A stretch of DNA of 64,000 nt from IMG/VR virus record IMGVR_UViG_3300020174_000004, positions 35,674 to 99,673 of that record, one strand, 5' to 3'. The notes beneath the pieces are model-generated. The model made no database searches, was not told where the DNA came from, and was given only the letters and a program-made list of their open reading frames with translations. Source of the stretch: a virus. Of the stretch, positions 31,036 to 41,105 are shown piece after piece. Position 1 is the first letter of the stretch; the number at the start of each line of letters is the position of its first letter. The position numbers and the translations under genes are program-made.

Positions 31036-33537
31036 ATGCCATTCCAAGTCAGCCCTGGCGTAAATGTATCAGAGATTGATCTAACTACAATAGTTCCTGC
31101 CGTTTCTACCTCAATTGGCGCCTTTGCTGGCGTTTTTCGTTGGGGTCCAATTGGCCAGAGAATTCTAGTAGATAGCGAAACAGCTCTTGTAACACGTTTT
31201 GGTAAGCCAACCAATCTAAATGCTGAAAGTTTCTTTACTGCAGCAAACTTTCTAGGGTATTCAAATGCTCTTTATGTATCAAGAGCAGCAAACACAACTG
31301 GTTCTTCACCAACAATTTCAGGTGCAGTTGAAGTAAATTCAGTAACAATTAGAACATCAAATACTTCTGATTTAAGTACAGATCTATATGTATTAACTTC
31401 TACATCAAATAATGCAACAGTTGCTGGCGCTGCCAAGATTGCTTCAATTGTAAATTCAACAGCATTTACAATAACTCAATCTTCAGATGTTACACCAGTA
31501 TCCGGTGCTAATACTTATGATACTGCAATTACTATTAATACTGACGTGGATTCAGCAAATCTAGTAACACTTTCTTCTGGTAATACAGATGATCTTGCTG
31601 TTGGTTTTGTTTTAACAGCTTCATCAAATACCGAAGTTGTTTCAAATGCATATGCAACAATTACATCAATTACCAACTCAACATGTGTTCAGGTTTCTGA
31701 TGATGTAATTGTAGCTAATGGTTCATCTACTGTTACATTTACACAAGGTGGTACTGTAAGTCTGCAGTTTATTTCAAATACCGCTTTTAATGCTTTAGCA
31801 AATACTGGCGTTGTTGCTGGTATTGCTTCTCAGATTGTTAAGAATGAAACAGATTTTACAACAAAGGACGGTACTTTTGATACAGATGTTGCTTTTGTTG
31901 CAAAGTATCCAGGTGATGCTGGTAACTCACTAAGAGTTTCAGTATGCGGTAATTCTTCTGGTTATAGCTCATCAATTAATCTTGATAGCTATGGCACCAC
32001 AACTTCACTAGTAACAACACTTAATAGTAACACAGCTACTATTACAATTACAATTAGTGATGATGAATCTGCAGCAACTGCAAACGCTAATGCTTTATCA
32101 GCACTTCTTAACACTACTGATAGATTACAGGTTGGTAACACAACAATTGGTTATCAATATTTAAAGATTACCGGTATTTCATCAGCAGTAACAAGTAATT
32201 CAGCAGTAATTACATTGAATTTTGAAGATCCTCTAAAGCTTTCTTCTTCATTTACTTACACTGACACATCAATTACTCGTTATTGGGAATTCTTTAATCT
32301 AATTGATGCTGCTCCTGGCCAATCTACTTATCAGCGAGAGTTTGGTAACACATCAGTTAATTCAGATGAACTTCACATTGTAGTAGTTGATGAAAATGGC
32401 AAGTTCTCTGGAGTTCCAGGAACAATTATTGAAACATATAAGGGTCTATCAAGAGCAACAGATGCAAAGACAATTGATGGTGCTGCAAATTATTATCGCA
32501 CAGTAATTAATGACTCTTCTGCTTATATCTGGGCCGTTAATGATTTATCCGGTGCTGCTTCAGCTACTGCTGAAAATCTAACAAGTTCAACACTAGATGT
32601 TCAATCAATGGCATTTAGCATGGGTCGTGATGGTGCTAATGAAGAAAATATCCCATTATCAGTTCTTGCTGCTGGTTATGATTATTTTGCATCAGCCGAA
32701 GATGTTGATATTTCATTGGTACTAACCGGCAAGTCAAATGGTTTCTATCTAGCAAATTATCTTATTGATAATATTGCTGAAGTCAGAAAAGATTGTGTTG
32801 TATTCTGTTCACCAGAAAAATCAGATGTTGTTGGATCCGGATTTGGAACTGAAGCTGATAATATCGTTGCTTTCAGAAATAATCTTAGATCAACATCATA
32901 TGGTGTATTAGATTCTGGTTATAAGTATCAGTATGATCGGTACAATGACATTTATCGTTGGATTCCAATGAATGGTGACGTTGCTGGTCTTTGCGCTAGA
33001 ACAGATAATACAAATGATCCATGGTGGTCACCAGCCGGCTTCAATCGTGGACAGATTAAAAATGTTATCAAACTAGCTTTCAATCCACGTAAAACTGAGC
33101 GTGATACATTATATAAGAGTGGTATTAATCCAGTAGTAACTTTCCCAGGTCAAGGCACAATCCTATTTGGTGATAAGACTCTACTATCTAAGCCATCAGC
33201 ATTTGATAGAATTAATGTTAGACGTCTATTCATTGTTCTTGAAAAAGCAATTTCAACCGCATCCAAATTTACTCTATTCGAATTTAATGATGAGTTTACA
33301 CGGTCTCAGTTTAAGAACCTTGTAATTCCTTATTTAAGAGATGTTCAGGGTAGACGTGGTGTAACTGACTTCTTGGTTGTCTGTGATGATAGTAACAATA
33401 CAGCTGAAGTAATTGATCGTAACGAGTTTATTGGTGATATCTATATTAAACCTGCTCGCTCTATCAACTTCATCCAGCTTAATTTCGTTGCTGTTAGAAC
33501 TGGCGTTCAGTTCTCAGAAATTGTTGGCCAGTTTTAA
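31036..33537 (+). CDS. gp18: Tail sheath protein gp18
   Basis: SPGVNVSEIDLT; PWWSPAGFNRG; FDRINVRRLF; KPARSINFI. Confidence 0.95.
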   Translation: MPFQVSPGVNVSEIDLTTIVPAVSTSIGAFAGVFRWGPIGQRILVDSETALVTRFGKPTNLNAESFFTAANFLGYSNALYVSRAANTTGSSPTISGAVEVNSVTIRTSNTSDLSTDLYVLTSTSNNATVAGAAKIASIVNSTAFTITQSSDVTPVSGANTYDTAITINTDVDSANLVTLSSGNTDDLAVGFVLTASSNTEVVSNAYATITSITNSTCVQVSDDVIVANGSSTVTFTQGGTVSLQFISNTAFNALANTGVVAGIASQIVKNETDFTTKDGTFDTDVAFVAKYPGDAGNSLRVSVCGNSSGYSSSINLDSYGTTTSLVTTLNSNTATITITISDDESAATANANALSALLNTTDRLQVGNTTIGYQYLKITGISSAVTSNSAVITLNFEDPLKLSSSFTYTDTSITRYWEFFNLIDAAPGQSTYQREFGNTSVNSDELHIVVVDENGKFSGVPGTIIETYKGLSRATDAKTIDGAANYYRTVINDSSAYIWAVNDLSGAASATAENLTSSTLDVQSMAFSMGRDGANEENIPLSVLAAGYDYFASAEDVDISLVLTGKSNGFYLANYLIDNIAEVRKDCVVFCSPEKSDVVGSGFGTEADNIVAFRNNLRSTSYGVLDSGYKYQYDRYNDIYRWIPMNGDVAGLCARTDNTNDPWWSPAGFNRGQIKNVIKLAFNPRKTERDTLYKSGINPVVTFPGQGTILFGDKTLLSKPSAFDRINVRRLFIVLEKAISTASKFTLFEFNDEFTRSQFKNLVIPYLRDVQGRRGVTDFLVVCDDSNNTAEVIDRNEFIGDIYIKPARSINFIQLNFVAVRTGVQFSEIVGQF

Positions 33538-33567
33538 TAAATAGAAATAAAAAAGGAGTTTTTAGAA

Positions 33568-34176
33568 ATGGCATCAGGTTTTAATATCAACACATTCAAG
33601 AGCAAGGGCCTCATCTTCGGTGGGGCCCGGCCATCGCTCTTTGAAGTGTTCATGACCGTACCAGATTCAGTCGGCATTACACCAGGATCCGAAGATCGTC
33701 TTCGGTTCCTTTGCCGGGCTGCTCAGCTTCCAGCTGCAACAATCGATTCTATCAACGTTCCATACTTTGGTAGAAATATTAAGATTGCCGGTGACCGTTC
33801 TTTTGGTGATTGGACAATCCAGGTAATGAACGATGAAGACTTTAAGGTAAGAGCAATGTTTGAAAAATGGTCAAATGCTCTAAATCGCTTTGAGTCAAAC
33901 GTTCGCCAGGCAAACCTAGTTGAAGAGAATACTCTAGCCGGTTATAAGTGCAATATTGATGTTGTACAATATGGCAAGGGTGGTGAGGTAATTCGTACCT
34001 GCGAAATCGTTGGTGGTTTTCCAACTTCAGTTGATGCAATTGGTCTTAATTGGTCAGATGCAAATGCAATTGAAGAATTCTCAGTAACATTTGCCTATGA
34101 TTACTGGCTTCCAAAGGAAGGCACTGAGCAAAATAATGAATTTGCTCGCCTTGCTAGAGATCCAGTATCAATTTAA
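33568..34176 (+). CDS. gp19: Tail tube protein gp19
   Basis: GGARPSLF; PYFGRNIKIAGDR; IEEFSVTFAYDYW. Confidence 0.95.
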   Translation: MASGFNINTFKSKGLIFGGARPSLFEVFMTVPDSVGITPGSEDRLRFLCRAAQLPAATIDSINVPYFGRNIKIAGDRSFGDWTIQVMNDEDFKVRAMFEKWSNALNRFESNVRQANLVEENTLAGYKCNIDVVQYGKGGEVIRTCEIVGGFPTSVDAIGLNWSDANAIEEFSVTFAYDYWLPKEGTEQNNEFARLARDPVSI

Positions 34177-34186
34177 TTGATATAAA

Positions 34187-34220
34187 AAAGGGGTAGTACC
34201 TCTACCCCTTTATTTTCTTT
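34187..34220 (+). terminator. Rho-independent terminator after gp19
   Basis: aaaggggtag-tacct-ctaccccttt followed by a T-rich tract. Confidence 0.8.
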
Positions 34221-34242
34221 GTTATGTCATAAAGGAATTTAA

Positions 34243-35997
34243 ATGGTACAAATTTTTGGTTGGGAATTTAAAAGAAAAGAATCAGAAGATCAATTTGATT
34301 CTTTTGTCCCAAAAACGGAATCAAATGAAGACGGCGCAATGGTTATTGCAGCCGGTGGTGCTTATGGAACATATGTAGATCTCGATGGTACCATTAGATC
34401 AGAAGCAGAATTAATTGCAAAATACAGAGAAATGGCCCTTAATCCAGAAGTAGATGCCGCTGTAGAAGAAATTACAAATGATGCTATTAATATGGAAGAT
34501 CATCAAGTTGTAAAGATTATTCTTGATGATCTAGAATTTGGTGATAAAGTAAAGAAAAATATTTCTGATTGTTTTGAAAAAACCATTGATCTTTTAGAGT
34601 TTAATAATAGAGCACATGATATATTTCGTAAATGGTATATTGATGGAAGAACATATTATCATGTAGTTATTGATGAAAAAAAGACAATAGATGGTATTAA
34701 AGAATTAAGATATATTGATCCTAGAAAATTACGTAAAGTAAAAGAACAAGCCCGTAAAAGAGTAAAAGAATCAGAATATTCTGTTCTAAAAACATCAGCA
34801 GAATATTATATCTATAATGAAAAAGGTTTTAATTATGGAAATAAAGGAGCTCCTGCAGCCAGTGCAACTGCAGCTGCTTCCGGTTTAAAAATTGCTAAAG
34901 ACGCAATAGTGCAATGTACTTCAGGATTAACTGATGGTGCTGGAACTTCAGTTTTATCATTTTTGCATAAGGCAATTAAACCACTAAATCAATTAAGAAC
35001 TCTTGAAGATGCTACTGTAATTTATCGTATTTCAAGAGCACCAGAAAGAAGAATTTGGTATATTGATGTTGGTAATCTACCAAAGATGAAAGCTGAACAA
35101 TATGTTCGTGAAATTATGACCAAGCATAAGAATCGTCTTGTATATGATGCTAATACTGGTGATATTAAAGATGATCGTAAATTTATGACAATGCTTGAAG
35201 ATTATTGGGTACCAAGAAGAGAAGGTGGTCGTGGAACTCAAGTTGATACACTTCCAGCTGGGCAGAATCTTGGTGAAATGGCGGACGTAGAATTTTTTCA
35301 AAAGAAGCTTTATCGTTCTCTTAATGTTCCAACTGATAGATTAGATGCTCAATCCGGATTTAATCTTGGTAGATCATCAGAAATTTCTAGAGAAGAATTA
35401 AAATTTGGTAAGTTTATAGATAGACTTCGCGGTAGATTCTCATTATTATTCCTATCAATTCTTGAAAAAGAAATTGTTCTTCGTAAAATTATGACAATCG
35501 AAGAATGGAATCAAATTAAAAATAAAATTAAATTTGATTTTGTTAGAGATAGTTATTTTACTGAACTTAAAAATGCTGAAATTCTTCAGGGTAGAATGCA
35601 AACTTTAGCTTCTATGGAAAATTATATTGGAAAATATTATTCTAATGATTGGGTTAGAAAAAATATTCTTAAACAAGATGATGATATGATTGAAGAATTA
35701 GATAAACAAATTATTGAAGAACAAAGTAATGAAATATATAATCCTCCTATGGAACAACCAATGGATGGACAGGAACAAGGTGATGCAGATCAAGCCGCAA
35801 TGCAACAAGATCAGCCACAAGATGATGATGATGAAAGAAAAAAATTATTAAATGCAAAAAATACTTATTTGAAATTAATTGATAAACAAAATAAGTCAAT
35901 GCAGGATATTTCACAATTACAATCAGCTGCAGTAACAATTGCAAAAGGGCCGGATGAAGATTTAAAAACAATGTTACAGGTTAGACAACAAAAGTGA
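34243..35997 (+). CDS. gp20: Portal vertex protein gp20
   Basis: WYIDGR; IYRISRAPERRIWYIDVGNLPK; EDYWVPRREGGRGT. Confidence 0.95.
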   Translation: MVQIFGWEFKRKESEDQFDSFVPKTESNEDGAMVIAAGGAYGTYVDLDGTIRSEAELIAKYREMALNPEVDAAVEEITNDAINMEDHQVVKIILDDLEFGDKVKKNISDCFEKTIDLLEFNNRAHDIFRKWYIDGRTYYHVVIDEKKTIDGIKELRYIDPRKLRKVKEQARKRVKESEYSVLKTSAEYYIYNEKGFNYGNKGAPAASATAAASGLKIAKDAIVQCTSGLTDGAGTSVLSFLHKAIKPLNQLRTLEDATVIYRISRAPERRIWYIDVGNLPKMKAEQYVREIMTKHKNRLVYDANTGDIKDDRKFMTMLEDYWVPRREGGRGTQVDTLPAGQNLGEMADVEFFQKKLYRSLNVPTDRLDAQSGFNLGRSSEISREELKFGKFIDRLRGRFSLLFLSILEKEIVLRKIMTIEEWNQIKNKIKFDFVRDSYFTELKNAEILQGRMQTLASMENYIGKYYSNDWVRKNILKQDDDMIEELDKQIIEEQSNEIYNPPMEQPMDGQEQGDADQAAMQQDQPQDDDDERKKLLNAKNTYLKLIDKQNKSMQDISQLQSAAVTIAKGPDEDLKTMLQVRQQK

Positions 35998-36004
35998 GGT
36001 TACT

Positions 36005-36199
36005 ATGAGTGAAAATAAATATACATTAGATGACTTGGTTGATAACACTTTCGAGTCAAAGCCTTTAGATTTTGAAATAGCATTTGATGATATTATAAAA
36101 GATAGAATTTCAGATGCTATTGAATTAAGAAAACAAGAAATAGCAAAGAACATATTCAATAAACAAGAAGAAGGGACTGATGATGGCGAAGAAAGTTAA
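36005..36199 (+). CDS. Small prohead core protein (gp67-like position)
   Basis: Acidic 64-aa protein directly after the portal gene. Confidence 0.55.
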   Translation: MSENKYTLDDLVDNTFESKPLDFEIAFDDIIKDRISDAIELRKQEIAKNIFNKQEEGTDDGEES

Positions 36200-36968
36200 G
36201 TCACTCAGAGACATTATCGCAAAAGATGAAAAGAGCGCCGGGAGAAATATCCCAAAAGGCGAAGCTGATTTTCTTGCCAAGCACGAAGTTGAAAAGACTG
36301 AAGATGCCAATGGTAATGGTGATGATGTCTTTAATGCCAAAAAGGTAGAACCAGAAGAAAAATCTCAGATTGATGCTGGTAAACGTCATGGTTATCGTGG
36401 TGATGAAGATGTTGCAGCTTATGAGGAAACCATTCATGAAAAAGGAATGGAATGCAATAAATCATCTGCAAAGATATATTGCCCTGTTCATGGAAAAGAA
36501 GAATGTTCTGGTGATGTTGAAGAAGAATTAACACCAAAACAAAAAATGCTTGATAAGAATAAAAATGGCAAATTGGATGCTGATGATTTTAAAAAGCTTC
36601 GTAAAGAAAGCAAAGATGAAAGAGAGTATGACTATGAAGGAGATATGGCTATCTCACAGATTAAGTCAATTATGAATCATTCAAAACAGCTCATGGATAT
36701 GTTAAAGCCTGATACAAATTTACCAGAGTGGGTTCAGTCTAAAATTACTCTTTCAAAAGATTATATTCAAACTGCAGCTGATTATATGTCAACAGAAATG
36801 AAAGAAGAAGTTGAACAGGTTGATGAAGTTTTAAAGGCATCTGATCCAGCTGGAAAATGGATTAGTGATTTTGTTCATTCAGATAATCCAAAATTTGCTG
36901 GTAAGTCAAAGAAAGAAAGAACAAAACAAGCCCTTGCCGCTTATTATGCTAAGAAAAGAGGTAAGTAA
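36180..36968 (+). CDS. Charged head-associated/internal protein with an EF-hand-like motif
   Basis: LDKNKNGKLDADDF; DNPKFAGKSKKER..ALAAYY; between portal and protease. Confidence 0.6.
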   Translation: MMAKKVKSLRDIIAKDEKSAGRNIPKGEADFLAKHEVEKTEDANGNGDDVFNAKKVEPEEKSQIDAGKRHGYRGDEDVAAYEETIHEKGMECNKSSAKIYCPVHGKEECSGDVEEELTPKQKMLDKNKNGKLDADDFKKLRKESKDEREYDYEGDMAISQIKSIMNHSKQLMDMLKPDTNLPEWVQSKITLSKDYIQTAADYMSTEMKEEVEQVDEVLKASDPAGKWISDFVHSDNPKFAGKSKKERTKQALAAYYAKKRGK

Positions 36969-37207
36969 TGATTATCAGCGTTAAAGGTTCTGCAATTTCT
37001 ATAACCGCAGCAAATACAGTATCAGATGCTACTTTAGTAAGAATTCATGCAACTAATGCAGCAGCAATTACAGTTGCTAATACTAGCGGAACTATTGGAA
37101 CATTTAATATGTCTCAAGGCCAAGTTGAAAATTTAGAAAAAGCAAGTTCTGATACTATTGCAGCAAACGCCGCCGTTTCATGCACGCCAGTAGCTTATAA
37201 AGGATAG
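36968..37207 (+). CDS. Small beta-rich virion protein
   Basis: Translationally coupled 79-aa ORF in the head module. Confidence 0.6.
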   Translation: MIISVKGSAISITAANTVSDATLVRIHATNAAAITVANTSGTIGTFNMSQGQVENLEKASSDTIAANAAVSCTPVAYKG

Positions 37208-37211
37208 CAAT

Positions 37212-37886
37212 ATGAAACTAATTACTGAACAGAATGAAGATATTCATTATATTACCGAGACTCTAGAGTCCGGTAAAAAGAATCACTATATTGAAGGCAT
37301 CTTTATTCAAACAGAACAACAGAATAGAAATGGTCGTCTTTATGAAAAAAAGATGATGGAACCTGTTGTTGAAAAATATCTATCAGAAACAGTAAAAAAC
37401 AATAGAGCTTTCGGTGAGCTAAATCATCCATCAGGACCATCTATTAATTTAGATAGGGTTTGTATTCTTATTAAAGAATTAAAGTGGAATGAAAATGATG
37501 TGCATGGTAAAGCACTCATTACCGATACACCTATGGGAAATATTGTTAAAGGTTTATTAGAATCAGGTGCTCAACTTGGTGTTTCAACAAGAGGTATGGG
37601 TGAATTAGAAAAAACTTCAGAAGGTATTATGAAGGTTAAACCTGGTTACCATTTAGCAACAGCAGCAGATGTTGTAGCTGATCCTTCAGCCCCAAATGCA
37701 TTTGTTCATGGTATCATGGAAGGTGTTGAATGGGTTTATGATGCTTCTAGAGAAGCATGGTATGAAGAAAAACTTCATGAAACTAAAAAGAAATTAAATA
37801 AAATGACTATTGAACAAATTGAAGAAAAGAAGCTTCTTATGTTCGAAAACTTCATTAATTCTTTAACATCTAAAACTTATAAATAA
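37212..37886 (+). CDS. gp21: Prohead protease gp21
   Basis: MKLITE; NRNGRLY; GELNHP; GVSTRGMG; DVVADPSAPNA. Confidence 0.95.
   Translation: MKLITEQNEDIHYITETLESGKKNHYIEGIFIQTEQQNRNGRLYEKKMMEPVVEKYLSETVKNNRAFGELNHPSGPSINLDRVCILIKELKWNENDVHGKALITDTPMGNIVKGLLESGAQLGVSTRGMGELEKTSEGIMKVKPGYHLATAADVVADPSAPNAFVHGIMEGVEWVYDASREAWYEEKLHETKKKLNKMTIEQIEEKKLLMFENFINSLTSKTYK
37878..37885 (+). promoter_or_regulatory. Late promoter TATAAATA upstream of gp22
   Basis: Exact octamer. Confidence 0.7.
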
Positions 37887-37915
37887 TAATAAATTTTTTA
37901 ATAGGGGTATTAAAA

Positions 37916-38986
37916 ATGGCAAGAAAATCAACAAAATCATTGGTAGAAGAAAACGAAGTTCTTGAGTCTCAAGAAGTAAAAGCTTCTATCGAAAAAACAG
38001 TAGAAGAAGTAGTTGAAGAAGATCAGGTTGAAGAATCTGTTGCTTCTGAAACTCTTAAGGCTAATTCAAAGCCAGCAGTTGACTCAATGTCAAAAGTTGA
38101 AATGATGAAGTCAGTTATTGGTGCAATGGGCGCTATGGAAACTAGCGACCTTGTAAATTTCTTTAATCAGGTTCAGTCACAATATGGCAAGGGCAAGGAT
38201 TGGGGTGTTGGTGACAACTCTGCAAAGAATGCTGCTTCTGTTGCCACCAAGGGTGCTATGAAGGAAGATATGGATGTTATCTTTGCCGGTGAAGATCTAT
38301 CAGAAGACTTCAAGGAAAAGGCAACAACATTATTTGAAGCTGCCGTATCTGCAGTAGCAATCACAGAAACAGCTCGTATTGAAGAAGAATTTGAAACAAA
38401 GCTTGTAGAAGAAGTTGAAACAATTAGAACAGAACTTATTGAAAACGTTGATAAGTATCTTGATCATGTTGTTGAGAAGTGGATGGAAGATAATGCAGTT
38501 GCAGTTGAATCCGCTTTAAGAAATGAAATCATGGAAGAATTTATTGATGGTCTAAAAGGTCTATTCTCACAACATTATGTCGATATTCCAAATGAGAAGC
38601 TCGACGTTCTAGAATCTCTAACCGATAAGGTAGAGGAACTTGAGAATGCTCTAAATGAAGCAATTGCTGAAAAGAGCGAACTCAAAAAGTCCGTAGTTGA
38701 AAATGAAAGAAAAGATATCTTTATTAACGTTTCAGAAGGTCTAACAATGACTGATGCTGAAAAGTTTGCTGCACTAGCTGAAGGTATTGAATTCGATGGT
38801 GATTTAACAAAATATGAAAAGAAGCTAACTCTCGTAAAAGAGAATTATTTCTCAAAGAAAGTTGTTTCTTCTTCAATAACTGAAGAAATTGCAGTTGATG
38901 ACGTAGATCAGAAAGAAGAAGTTTCTTATTCAGATCCTTCCATGAAGAGATACGCTGAAGTAATTTCAAGAAATGTAAAAAGATAA
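37916..38986 (+). CDS. gp22: Prohead core scaffold protein gp22
   Basis: LSEDFKEKATTLFEAA; VDKYLDHVVEKW; E-rich. Confidence 0.9.
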   Translation: MARKSTKSLVEENEVLESQEVKASIEKTVEEVVEEDQVEESVASETLKANSKPAVDSMSKVEMMKSVIGAMGAMETSDLVNFFNQVQSQYGKGKDWGVGDNSAKNAASVATKGAMKEDMDVIFAGEDLSEDFKEKATTLFEAAVSAVAITETARIEEEFETKLVEEVETIRTELIENVDKYLDHVVEKWMEDNAVAVESALRNEIMEEFIDGLKGLFSQHYVDIPNEKLDVLESLTDKVEELENALNEAIAEKSELKKSVVENERKDIFINVSEGLTMTDAEKFAALAEGIEFDGDLTKYEKKLTLVKENYFSKKVVSSSITEEIAVDDVDQKEEVSYSDPSMKRYAEVISRNVKR

Positions 38987-39032
38987 ATAAATTTATTGTA
39001 AATGTAAACTTTCCAAAAGGAGAAAAAAACAT

Positions 39033-40391
39033 ATGGCATATCTAGCTGAGGAACTACAAAACAAGTGGAAGCTAGTGCTCGAGCACCCAGATCTTCCCGC
39101 TATTTCCGATGTTCATAAGCGTCGTGAAGTTGCTACAATGCTTGAGAATACAGAGCGTGAGCTCCGTGTCTCTGCAAATCACAACCAGTTTATGCTTTCA
39201 GAAGCATCCCCAATCAATGCAATGGGTGCTTCTTCTTCAACAGCATCAGATGGTACAGTCGACATTTTCGATCCAGTACTAATTTCTCTAGTACGTCGTG
39301 CAATGCCAAACCTAATTGCTTATGATATTGCTGGTGTTCAGTCAATGACTGGCCCAACCGGCCTTATCTTCGCAATGCGTGCTCAGTACGCCAACTCAAC
39401 TGCTAAGAACGGCGAAACTTTCTACAATGAAGTTAATACTGCCTTCTCAACAGTTGTTGCTGGTAACACAACATTCGGTCAGGATCATACAGCCGGCGCT
39501 GGCATTCCTGGTCAGTCAAATACAACAGCTATGGCAAATACTGGTTACTACAACACTGGTACCGGTATGTCAACAGCTACTGCTGAAGCTCTTGGCTCAT
39601 CAGATACTTTCCCAGAAATGGCTTTCTCAATCGAGAAGGTTACAGTAACTGCTAAGACACGTGCTCTAAAGGCAGAGTACTCCATGGAACTAGCTCAGGA
39701 TCTTAAGGCTGTTCACGGTCTAGATGCTGAAACAGAGCTTTCCAACATTCTTTCAGCTGAAATCATGGCTGAAATTAACCGTGAAGTTGTTCGTACAGTT
39801 AACATCACCGCTAAGGTTGGTGCTACTTCCGGTACAACTGCAACTGGTATCTTCGATCTTGACACCGACTCAAACGGTCGTTGGTCAGTTGAAAAGTTCA
39901 AGGGCCTAATGTTCCAGGTCGAGCGTGAAGCTAACGTAATCGCCAAAGAGACCCGGCGTGGTAAGGGTAACATCATCATCTGTTCAGCTGACGTAGCTTC
40001 AGCCCTTCAGATGGCTGGTGTTCTCGACTATGCTCCTGCTCTCAATAGCAACAACCTCCAGGTTGATGATACAGGCAATACATTTGCTGGCGTTCTAAAT
40101 GGTCGCTTCCGCGTCTATATCGATCCATATGCAACTGGCGGTAACTACATGACAATAGGTTATAAGGGTTCTTCAGCATTTGATGCTGGTCTCTTCTACT
40201 GCCCATATGTTCCACTCCAGATGGTCCGTGCAGTTGATCCTGCAACCTTCCAGCCAAAGATTGGTTTCAAGACTCGTTATGGCATGGTTGCAAACCCATT
40301 CAATGATGGAATTACAGCTGCTGGTACTGGCGCAATTGCAGTCAATACCAATGTTTACTATCGTAAGGTTATCATCAACAACCTTATGTAA
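39033..40391 (+). CDS. gp23: Major capsid protein gp23
   Basis: DPVLISLVRRAMPNLIAYD; KTRALKAEYS.ELAQDLKAVHG; FQPKIGFKTRYG. Confidence 0.97.
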   Translation: MAYLAEELQNKWKLVLEHPDLPAISDVHKRREVATMLENTERELRVSANHNQFMLSEASPINAMGASSSTASDGTVDIFDPVLISLVRRAMPNLIAYDIAGVQSMTGPTGLIFAMRAQYANSTAKNGETFYNEVNTAFSTVVAGNTTFGQDHTAGAGIPGQSNTTAMANTGYYNTGTGMSTATAEALGSSDTFPEMAFSIEKVTVTAKTRALKAEYSMELAQDLKAVHGLDAETELSNILSAEIMAEINREVVRTVNITAKVGATSGTTATGIFDLDTDSNGRWSVEKFKGLMFQVEREANVIAKETRRGKGNIIICSADVASALQMAGVLDYAPALNSNNLQVDDTGNTFAGVLNGRFRVYIDPYATGGNYMTIGYKGSSAFDAGLFYCPYVPLQMVRAVDPATFQPKIGFKTRYGMVANPFNDGITAAGTGAIAVNTNVYYRKVIINNLM

Positions 40392-40422
40392 TAATAGTAA
40401 GACCGAGTTAATCGGCTTAATT

Positions 40423-40449
40423 GGAGGGGCTTCGGTCCCTCCTTTTTTT
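40423..40449 (+). terminator. Rho-independent terminator with UUCG tetraloop after gp23
   Basis: ggaggggc-ttcg-gtccctcc followed by T7. Confidence 0.9.
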
Positions 40450-40469
40450 ATTTGTTGTCCTTAGATATC

Positions 40470-40497
40470 ATTATAACAACAAGAGAAAAAATGTCAA
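40470..40497 (-). promoter_or_regulatory. Consensus sigma70 promoter directed antisense into gp23
   Basis: Minus strand TTGACA-16 nt-TATAAT. Confidence 0.55.
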
Positions 40498-40505
40498 TAT
40501 AAATA
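40498..40505 (+). promoter_or_regulatory. Late promoter TATAAATA upstream of gp3
   Basis: Exact octamer. Confidence 0.7.
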
Positions 40506-40526
40506 GTAAGGTAATGGAGACAAATA

Positions 40527-41048
40527 ATGAGTGCAGTAACCAACACACCTGAAAATAAGAATTTTCTTTCACCAATTAATTTTAGGTTTCAAATAAAAAG
40601 ATCACCTCATCTGAATTTCTTTATTCAGAGAGTAAATCTTCCTGCAATTCGTTTACCTGATGTTACATATCCAAATCCAGTACAAAATATTCCATACTTT
40701 GGTGAACACATGGAATATGCTGACTTAGTTATAGAATTCAAAGTAGATGAAGATCTACAAAATTATTTAGAACTACATAACTGGCTTATTCAACTTGGAA
40801 CACCTGAAAGATTAGATCAATATAGAGAAATTTCACAAAAAGAAACATATACAGGTGAAGGTATTTTTTCAGATATAACTCTTATTGTATTATCAAGTGC
40901 AATGAATGCTAATTATGAAATTGTGTTTAGAGATTGTTATCCAATGGCATTATCAGAACTTGAATTTGATACTTCATCAGAAGATGTAAATTATCTAACA
41001 TGTATGGCTACATTTAAATACACTTTATACAATATAAATCAACTTTAA
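40527..41048 (+). CDS. gp3: Tail tube terminator/completion protein gp3
   Basis: NFLSPINFRF; VDEDLQNYLELHNW; SDITL; F.DCYP..LSELEF. Confidence 0.85.
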   Translation: MSAVTNTPENKNFLSPINFRFQIKRSPHLNFFIQRVNLPAIRLPDVTYPNPVQNIPYFGEHMEYADLVIEFKVDEDLQNYLELHNWLIQLGTPERLDQYREISQKETYTGEGIFSDITLIVLSSAMNANYEIVFRDCYPMALSELEFDTSSEDVNYLTCMATFKYTLYNINQL

Positions 41049-41051
41049 TCG

Positions 41052-41080
41052 TTTACAAATTCAATAAATTATGGTATTAT
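41052..41080 (+). promoter_or_regulatory. Sigma70-type promoter for uvsY-uvsW
   Basis: TTTACA-17 nt-TATTAT. Confidence 0.6.
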
Positions 41081-41105
41081 ATAACTTTGATGTAAGGAAT
41101 TTGTA

